From an uncultured archaeon (lineage in GTDB: Archaea; Asgardarchaeota; Thorarchaeia; Thorarchaeales; Thorarchaeaceae): a DNA stretch of 13,561 bases. Positions 7,253 through 13,561 of this stretch are shown piece by piece (the first letter of the stretch is position 1; every line of letters starts with the position of its first letter). The notes beneath the pieces are model-generated. The model was not told where the DNA came from. It worked only from the letters and a program-made list of their open reading frames with translations, and ran no database searches. Location: positions 1 through 13,561 of the forward strand of contig CAZSWP010000061.1 in the NCBI GenBank assembly GCA_964610875.1, read 5' to 3'. Both the position numbers and the translations under genes were made by a program.

Positions 7253-7415
7253 GTAGATTCACCTGATTGTGAGACTGTGGTTTGAGGATTGTATTCTCCT
7301 CATAAAGATTAAGCTATGTCATAATGCTTATCTGTGCTTCGTCTTGGATGCTATCTTACATCGAATTGCTTGACTGATGCCTTTGAGTGAAAAGTTACTC
7401 CGGTGGTTGTTTGAA

Positions 7416-9596
7416 ATGCGTCTTTCCATGAGTCCTGCAAAAATGTCCGTTGCCAAGATTGTTTCCCATCGGGAACTTGAGCGCAAACTAATTCTTGCTC
7501 TTGAGGAGTTCAGCAGTTTCGAACCTATTGATGTTCGACAACAAGCTGGTATTATTGAGATTCGGCGTACTCGTGATGAAGAGGCTGTATTTGCAGCAAA
7601 TGATAGATTGCTCATATTAGTGGAGAGTCTTGATCTAAACCTTCAGCGTCGTACAAGTAGTAAAATAAATGTTGAAGACTCAAAGATCACACAATCACTG
7701 TCCTTTGTCACTGAGGTCATCCAGTCAATCGAGTCTGAGGTCTTAGAGATTGATAAGGAGATTGCCACAGTTACATTGGAACTCGAGCAACAGAGAAGCC
7801 TGAAGCATGTGGCTGAGTCTCTTGAACCTCTTGGTCTAGATATGGGCAGGATTGGATCTACTGAATATACTTTCACAACAGCTGGGCGAATTGATGAAGC
7901 ACGTCTGAGTAAATTAGATTGGAGTTTAGGTGAAGTCACTGAAGGTACTTATTTTCTCAAGTCACTTCCAGGGAAGAAAGGTAAAGTTGTCTGCAGTGTG
8001 AGTATTCCTGTTGAAAGAAAAGGGGCAGCTGAACGTATTTTCACAGCACTCGGCTTTGATACATTTTCAGTTCCTGAAGGTTACGATGGGTCCCCAGATG
8101 ATATCGCATTTCAAGCTGCCGAGCGGATATCCGTTCTAGAGAAGGAGAGAGAATCACTACATAATCGAAAGAAATTGATTGCTAAAGAGTGGGGCCCCAA
8201 AATACTTGCTGCATGGGAATTAATGAAAATAGAAACGAACCGCGTTTCTATCAAGTCGTATTTTGTATACACGGAGTCTTCAGTTAAGGTGTGGGGATGG
8301 ATTCCTGCTGGTTCTGAAGATAAAATTCAATCGCTTTTGAAAGAGTATGTCGGTTCTGCACATAATATCGAGTTTGATGAGCCAGACTTTGCCGAGTATG
8401 ATTCTCCAACATATCTTGATAATCCATCAATAATGAAACCTACGGAAGATGTCGTGACTGCTTATGGTATTCCTTCAAAGCACGATCTCGACCCAACTAA
8501 AATCATGTGGTTATCATTTCCACTAATCTTTGGGCTCGTATTTGCTGATGTCGGGCAAGGATTCTTGATTCTTCTGATTGGTCTAGCTGCATGGTATGCT
8601 AAGAGGAAAGAACAAGACTGGGGACAAATTCTTGGGTATATCCAGAATGGTGCTGAAGGGCTAGTATTGATGGGCATCTTTGCTATGTTTGGCGGTTTCC
8701 TTTTTGGTAGCTTTTTCGGTTCTGAAACAGTAATTGAACCACTCTGGCCTATATTCGCTCACACTGATGCCGAAGGTTACACAAATCCTTATCGTGCAGC
8801 ACATCTTCTGAAGCTCTCAATTGAAGTTGGAGTCATCCAAATCACGCTAGGTATCCTGCTCAGTTTCTATAATAAACTCAAACACAAGGAATGGGATAAA
8901 GCAATCATAGCAGTGGCTTATGTCTGGATGTATCTCGGATTTATTAATCTATTATTTGGAATCAGCTACGATAACATCAATGCATGGTTCAGCAATGCCG
9001 GTACCGTAAATATCTGGTTGCCCCTCATCGGAATAGGTTATGGTGTAGGAGATAATGGTGTATACCCTGTAGTTCCGCTGAGCCCGATGATATTCACAAT
9101 GATTGCTCTCTTTGTTCCTCTGGCCATTATGGCTCTGTTATCATTCAAACATGGAATGGACGGCACGGTGCATTTTCTTGAATCTGGTCTGGGAATGATT
9201 AGCCACACAGTTAGCTATGCTCGAATTTTTGCTTTAAATACTGTACATGTTATTTTGAGTGGTGTGTTCTTCTCTTTGCTTCCACCCTTGTTAGAAATTG
9301 AATTTGCTTATCTTGAGATTGCTGGAGTTGAGATAATACCCCACCATTTCATGCATGAAGGCCATCAGGTCACACCACACCTCCCATTATTGGGAGCGAT
9401 AGTTGGCACATTTATCGTTGGGATTCTCGAAGGTCTCCTTGCATTCATGCATACTCTGCGATTACACTTTGTGGAATGGTTTAGTAAATTCTATTACGCC
9501 GGTGGAGTGGCATTTTCACCTTTTGTAGCTGAACGTCTTCATACAGCACCGATTAATAGACCTAAGCCTATGATGACTCTGGCATCAAATCAATAG
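7416..9596 (+). CDS. atpI: A/V-type ATP synthase subunit I (a)
   Basis: Motifs GWIP, PTYLDNP, YGIP-x-x-x-DLDPT, FPLIFGLVFADVGQG, GFLFGSFFG, essential Arg in SHTVSYARIFAL, and HTLRLHFVEWFSKFY-x-x-GG-x-x-FSPF. Start probably at 7416 (GGTGGT upstream); 7377 and 7428 are alternatives. Confidence 0.96.
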   Translation: MRLSMSPAKMSVAKIVSHRELERKLILALEEFSSFEPIDVRQQAGIIEIRRTRDEEAVFAANDRLLILVESLDLNLQRRTSSKINVEDSKITQSLSFVTEVIQSIESEVLEIDKEIATVTLELEQQRSLKHVAESLEPLGLDMGRIGSTEYTFTTAGRIDEARLSKLDWSLGEVTEGTYFLKSLPGKKGKVVCSVSIPVERKGAAERIFTALGFDTFSVPEGYDGSPDDIAFQAAERISVLEKERESLHNRKKLIAKEWGPKILAAWELMKIETNRVSIKSYFVYTESSVKVWGWIPAGSEDKIQSLLKEYVGSAHNIEFDEPDFAEYDSPTYLDNPSIMKPTEDVVTAYGIPSKHDLDPTKIMWLSFPLIFGLVFADVGQGFLILLIGLAAWYAKRKEQDWGQILGYIQNGAEGLVLMGIFAMFGGFLFGSFFGSETVIEPLWPIFAHTDAEGYTNPYRAAHLLKLSIEVGVIQITLGILLSFYNKLKHKEWDKAIIAVAYVWMYLGFINLLFGISYDNINAWFSNAGTVNIWLPLIGIGYGVGDNGVYPVVPLSPMIFTMIALFVPLAIMALLSFKHGMDGTVHFLESGLGMISHTVSYARIFALNTVHVILSGVFFSLLPPLLEIEFAYLEIAGVEIIPHHFMHEGHQVTPHLPLLGAIVGTFIVGILEGLLAFMHTLRLHFVEWFSKFYYAGGVAFSPFVAERLHTAPINRPKPMMTLASNQ

Positions 9597-9623
9597 GAGT
9601 CTGCTTGACCTGAAATTTTTCTG

Positions 9624-11957
9624 TTAGTTCGTTCCACCAAGATACAAGGCAGCAAGCTCTGCATCTCTTTTGTATGTGGGCTCTTGGTCTCTACTTAGCC
9701 GCTGTCTGTTGTCCCAGACACTTCTGGCTAGAAGATCCATTGTTTTTGCCTTCTGGTCCACACTCTGTGCTGCTTGCGCATCGCCAACTTGTTGGAATAC
9801 TTGTGCTGCTACAGTATAGTTACCGACTGCTTCTCTCAGTTGATCCTTGGCATCATCGAAATATTGTCTGGCTTTCGCCATCTTGCCTCTTTTGGACATG
9901 TACTCTGCCAGAAAATCGCTCTTTGCTCCTTCGATTCTTGAGAGATCTCCCCTGAACTTCATTACAACTCCTTGTAATTGGGAAACCTGTGCTTCTACGT
10001 TGTTCTTTTTCCTGATGATTTCTCCCTTTACACTCTGTAATTCTATTGTTGAAAGCTCAAAGGAGGACACAGCGTGTTTTATTCTCAGTATTGCGTCATC
10101 ATGAGCCTTTACAGCTTTATTGGTAATCTCATCATCATCTATTTCCATCAATTCCTGTTCGATGAGCTCAAAGGTATTGGCTCGTTCTATCTGCGCTCTG
10201 AATGCCCATTGTTCGGACTGTCTAGCAAAGACCTGTGCTTCCGATGCATATGCAGTGGCTAGTGCTAGTTTACCAAGGTCAATGAGTTCGGCTGCTTCCT
10301 CCTTCTCACCAATGACCTCATAGTATTCAGCAGCATCTGCAGCATGTAGATTTTCAAGAATTCTAGACATGATGAACTTGACACCGTGTTGCAACTGAGA
10401 ACTCAACTGAAACTGAATAACATACTTTACGTTATTCAATAATGCAAGTATCTTGTTTCTCAAAGAATTTACATCGTCATCATCAATCTCCAAGCTTAGC
10501 AGAATTCCTAGACTGGTCAACCCCTCTCGAATGGAATCTAGTGCCTCGGAAGGATTCTGACCAAGTTTGGACCTGGAATCATCTAATGCTTTACTCACAT
10601 CTTGAATAAGGCCTTCTTTTCGCAAATCCTTGGCAAATGCAATCTGGTCTGCAATTCCTGATAGGTCCTCTGGTTTCTTTTTCAAAAGCTCCTCGACGAA
10701 ACTGAAAATCCGGAGGTTCTCTTTGATTGCCCCAGTCAATTCTCTGCTCTTTGCAAGCTTCTCTGATTTTCTCAGATCTCTAAATATCTCCTTAAGGACT
10801 TCTAACGCCTCTCCGATATTATTGACACTCAATAAGTCGGATAGTGTCTTGACTGCTGATTCAGCTCTGCAGAATAGTGCTTGTGCTTTCTTCTGCTCGC
10901 TGTCATTCTTTGACTGGTCTGCATTGGACTGTAGTTGTACAGTCGCTCCAAAACTCTTCTCTGCTCGTGCATATGCATCTGATGCTGATTGGTACAGTTT
11001 TGAAGCATCCTCTAAGTTTCCCGCGCGCATTTGTGTGTCTGCTATATCATTGTAGGTCATAGCGAGATACACTTCACATAGTCCCGCAGTATTAGCCTTC
11101 CAAGACTCAAGAGTCACAATAATTTGTTTGTCTATCGATTTTGATTTCTTGAAATGTGGTATTGCTTCATTATAGAGATCTGTAGCTTGTTCAAAAATGA
11201 ACGCACTCAGAATATCTCTTGTGACAATTTCATCAAAGGGATTGAAAGCTTGTCTAAACATACTCTCTTGGCCAATAAGCTCGTTCAAGAACTCGTCATA
11301 GAACTCAGCCTCGGCGGTCTTGTTTCGTGCTAGTATTTCTTCGAGTTCATTTGAATCTCCTTCAGCTGAACCCTTTAGTAATTGATATGCACTATTTCCA
11401 AGTGCTACCCGTCGTAGTTTTTGAGTACCATCCACTTTTGATGGGACTGCTGAGAATGGTTTTTCCAGCATGGTGTAAATCTTTGCCATGTGCCTAGAGG
11501 CACTCTTCTGCTTGTCCTCATGCTCCTCTTCTACAAAGGGGCCACTTGCTGCAGCAGCCTGATGCAGCCATGCCATTACTCTTGCCATCCAGATATCCGC
11601 AAGATTGCTCTTTGCTTGTGCCTCAACTTGTTCAAGTGCCTGTTCCAGTTGTTTCTTAGTTTCTCCTTCAGACTGTGCTATACGGTTTCTCAAATACGCT
11701 ATATCGAACTCTTCACCCATTATTTTTTGACCAAACGCTGCTATCTGTTCGTACAGCTTGGTAAATATGTCATGCATAACCAAGCGTTTTTCTTCGAGCC
11801 CTTCTCTATCATCAATATCATGTAATGCAAATTCTCTGACCGCATTCTGGGCCTCTGTGTTCAATTCGAATAGTAGTTTTGTGTATACTTCTATGTCTTT
11901 GAAACTACGCTCGGGCTTATCACCAGGCAAGGGATTACTCAAAGATGCATCCTCCAT
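9624..11957 (-). CDS. Hypothetical 777-aa all-alpha-helical repeat protein (TPR/alpha-SNAP-like)
   Basis: Long ORF rich in A/E/K/L/Q, with almost no Pro after residue ~270 and no TM segment. It has recurring A-x-x-x-Y-x-x-A-x-x-x-[FY] helices (ATDLYNEAIPHF, ASKLYQSASDAY, AVGNYTVAAQVF). Confidence 0.8.
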   Translation of the reverse strand: MEDASLSNPLPGDKPERSFKDIEVYTKLLFELNTEAQNAVREFALHDIDDREGLEEKRLVMHDIFTKLYEQIAAFGQKIMGEEFDIAYLRNRIAQSEGETKKQLEQALEQVEAQAKSNLADIWMARVMAWLHQAAAASGPFVEEEHEDKQKSASRHMAKIYTMLEKPFSAVPSKVDGTQKLRRVALGNSAYQLLKGSAEGDSNELEEILARNKTAEAEFYDEFLNELIGQESMFRQAFNPFDEIVTRDILSAFIFEQATDLYNEAIPHFKKSKSIDKQIIVTLESWKANTAGLCEVYLAMTYNDIADTQMRAGNLEDASKLYQSASDAYARAEKSFGATVQLQSNADQSKNDSEQKKAQALFCRAESAVKTLSDLLSVNNIGEALEVLKEIFRDLRKSEKLAKSRELTGAIKENLRIFSFVEELLKKKPEDLSGIADQIAFAKDLRKEGLIQDVSKALDDSRSKLGQNPSEALDSIREGLTSLGILLSLEIDDDDVNSLRNKILALLNNVKYVIQFQLSSQLQHGVKFIMSRILENLHAADAAEYYEVIGEKEEAAELIDLGKLALATAYASEAQVFARQSEQWAFRAQIERANTFELIEQELMEIDDDEITNKAVKAHDDAILRIKHAVSSFELSTIELQSVKGEIIRKKNNVEAQVSQLQGVVMKFRGDLSRIEGAKSDFLAEYMSKRGKMAKARQYFDDAKDQLREAVGNYTVAAQVFQQVGDAQAAQSVDQKAKTMDLLARSVWDNRQRLSRDQEPTYKRDAELAALYLGGTN

Positions 11958-12039
11958 ACAAGTCTATCTACAGAAGATTCTTTCTTGTTCTACTTAAGAA
12001 TACCTCATACACACAGAATTCACAAAATTGTGGAAAATG

Positions 12040-12417
12040 TTAGTCTTCCAAGGTAGTGAACTTGACCTTACGGCCATCTCTGTACTTGACAAGGTACCCT
12101 TCGTTGACTAACACGTTGAGTACTTCGCTAGTTCTCGTTCTAGACTTTCCCCATTTTCTAGCAAGTTCTGCTGCAGTCAACCCCTTGTCTGCATGTTCAA
12201 GCAGACCAACAAGTCTGTTCCAACTCACGTCTCGGGACAAACAACTGTCTTGATCAAAAATTCGATACTCACCAGCACCTGGTGGATTTGGTTTCGTTGT
12301 TATTTCGAATCCTAATTTCGACCTGAGCTCATTGATGGTTTCAGTTAGGTTCCTCACAGTTGCTCGAAGTTCCTTTACCTCATTCCGTAACTCATCTATG
12401 TTTGAACCATCATTCAC
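12040..12417 (-). CDS. Coiled-coil plus winged helix-turn-helix DNA-binding protein
   Basis: N-terminal heptad repeat (IDELRNEVKELRATVRNLTETINELRSKL) and C-terminal wHTH (GLTAAELARKWGKSRTRTSEVLNVLVNEGYLVKYRDGRKVKF). Confidence 0.87.
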   Translation of the reverse strand: MNDGSNIDELRNEVKELRATVRNLTETINELRSKLGFEITTKPNPPGAGEYRIFDQDSCLSRDVSWNRLVGLLEHADKGLTAAELARKWGKSRTRTSEVLNVLVNEGYLVKYRDGRKVKFTTLED

Positions 12418-12429
12418 TAGATATTCCCC

Positions 12430-12831
12430 TTAGGTCTTTACATATTCATCTCGAAACTCTATGTAGTTTCTTCTCTTCTTGGTCTTCTCTAGGATTGCTT
12501 TAGTCTTGGTAGGTTCTGATTCTATCTCCTGTGCTTGTGTATAGTTTTCCAAATCCTCAAAGTTCATCTCCACAGGTTTTTCCACAACGACTTCATCGCC
12601 TTCACTGAGAATCTCATCACTAGCTCCTGGTAGGACATTCTCTGCAGATTCGTCCCGAAGTATCTGCTCCATTGGATTACCGACAGTGACAGATTTAGCT
12701 TCTTCAATAAAATCATACTCCGCTTTTCGAAGTTTCAGGATATTCTCAAGAATTTCCTTTGTTTCAGTTGCACATTTTTCGTGCTTATGTTTGTACGTCA
12801 TCTCGACCAACTCATCGTCAGTAATCGACAA
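12430..12831 (-). CDS. Hypothetical acidic protein
   Basis: 133-aa ORF (TTG start; ATG 12801 is an alternative), 12 nt upstream of the wHTH gene on the same strand. Helical N-terminus, acidic low-complexity middle and basic C-terminal patch (KTKKRRNY). Confidence 0.7.
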   Translation of the reverse strand: MSITDDELVEMTYKHKHEKCATETKEILENILKLRKAEYDFIEEAKSVTVGNPMEQILRDESAENVLPGASDEILSEGDEVVVEKPVEMNFEDLENYTQAQEIESEPTKTKAILEKTKKRRNYIEFRDEYVKT

Positions 12832-12868
12832 AAACCGTCAACAATCGACAATAAACAGTAATCGACAA
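12816..12868. repeat. Direct repeats AATCGACAA x3 (putative operator array)
   Basis: Exact 9-mer at 12823, 12843 and 12860. The 13-mer CAGTAATCGACAA occurs at 12819 and 12856. CGTCA occurs at 12796, 12816 and 12836 (20-nt period). Confidence 0.8.
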
Positions 12869-12872
12869 TTAT

Positions 12873-12886
12873 GATATAAACTTTTG
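12873..12886 (-). promoter_or_regulatory. Archaeal BRE plus TATA promoter for the acidic-protein/wHTH operon
   Basis: The minus strand reads CAAAAG-TTTATATC, about 45 nt upstream of the TTG start at 12831. Confidence 0.6.
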
Positions 12887-12939
12887 TTATTGTCCAAATA
12901 TAAAGTATGTTACCATCTTTTTTCAATCTAAGGAGACAT

Positions 12940-13152
12940 ATGCGTAAAATAGAAGCCTTTTGTATAGGTTATCTCCCTAGTTTGTTGAGACCATCTATCA
13001 CATTTGAGGACGCGACCATTGCATACCAGACTTATCAGCTATACACTTCTACTGTTCTTATTAGCTTCATTCTTCTGGAGAAAAATTACTGGAACCAATG
13101 GAATGCAACAGATGAGGACGGTGACTCATATGTGAACTACCGTTCATTGTAA
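12940..13152 (+). pseudogene. Short ORF or gene remnant with a NosD/CASH-protein-like C-terminal motif
   Basis: SD AAGGAGA before ATG 12940. The end NYWNQWNATDEDGDSYVNY resembles GNYW-x-D-[WY]-x-x-x-D-x-DGDG-x-x-D-x-PY. The rest is unrecognisable. Confidence 0.3.
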
Positions 13153-13161
13153 CTTGTACAA

Positions 13162-13561
13162 ACTTTCTATGAGTGAAAGTCGAAGGTTTACGAGGTCAGA
13201 ACGCTCTGTTCCTCCTTCAAGACCCTTCTGACCAATACCATGAACTCCTCTGCTCCATAGACCTTACTCAGTCCTTTCAGTCGTTTCACCTCGCTCTCAT
13301 ATTTCTTCTTCTTTCTCTCCATCAACTCTTTCCCGTACACATCCTTGAAAGACTCTCCCTCCTTCAACATCTTCCATATGATCACCATCACCCTCCGTGC
13401 CAGGGCTATTGTTGCCACATGGTACCCCTTCTTCTCCCGCACCCGTCGGTGGAACTCTTTCAGGCCCTCTGGCCCATACTGCGCACACACCTTGGCAAGG
13501 ACCACACTGACCCCTTCCTTTTCAAGAAAGCTGTAGGCTGCACACCAGTAGATCCCGGTGG
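13162..13561 (-). mobile_element. IS110-family element (right end, boundary approximate)
   Basis: Transposase motifs, visibly higher GC than the AT-rich flank, and a short inverted repeat ACTTTC-N7-GAAAGT at 13162-13180 just past the stop codon. Confidence 0.7.
13188..13559 (-). pseudogene. IS110-family transposase, apparently internally deleted, running off the window
   Basis: The frame is open to the window edge: TGIYWCAAYSFLEKEGVSVVLA (IS110 N-terminal DEDD/RuvC region) is joined directly to KVCAQYGPEGLKEFHRRVREKKGYHVATIALARRVMVIIWKML (IS110 C-terminal A-x-x-A-x-AR motif). Confidence 0.8.

Noticed and set aside
12019-12034. Near-palindrome TTCACAAAATTGTGGA between the wHTH gene and the 777-aa gene
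   Set aside because: Short, imperfect and single-copy. It could be a terminator or operator but is not supportable.
12796-12868. Direct repeats as a CRISPR array or ORB-type replication origin
   Set aside because: The units are 9-13 nt with a 17-20 nt period, too short for CRISPR. There is no ORB consensus or G-string and no cdc6/orc1 gene nearby.
1-13561. tRNA/rRNA genes
   Set aside because: The intergenic gaps are short and AT-rich, and I saw no cloverleaf or T-arm signature.

Overview
Archaeal chromosomal window. It has A/V-type ATP synthase genes, BRE/TATA-type promoters and GGAGG/GGTGA ribosome-binding sites. An Asgard (Thorarchaeia-like) origin is my impression only and is not demonstrated. 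From left to right: (1) the 3' part of a type III-B CRISPR effector gene (cmr6), followed by a 330-bp intergenic region holding an SD-led 16-codon mini-ORF and two degenerate CRISPR-like repeats around one 37-nt spacer; (2) an FGGY/glycerol-kinase-like gene converging on a LarA-family (nickel-pincer) isomerase with altered active-site residues; (3) a rearranged, partial A/V-ATPase cluster (C, K, E, H, I in three transcription units, no A/B/D/F) preceded by an AtpZ/AtpI-like and a 4-TM membrane gene; (4) a 777-aa all-helical repeat protein; (5) an acidic-protein plus coiled-coil/winged-helix gene pair whose promoter is covered by direct repeats; (6) an IS110-family transposase that appears to carry a large in-frame internal deletion. 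The best candidate for an undescribed system is the CreTA/crlRNA-like mini-array module behind cmr6.
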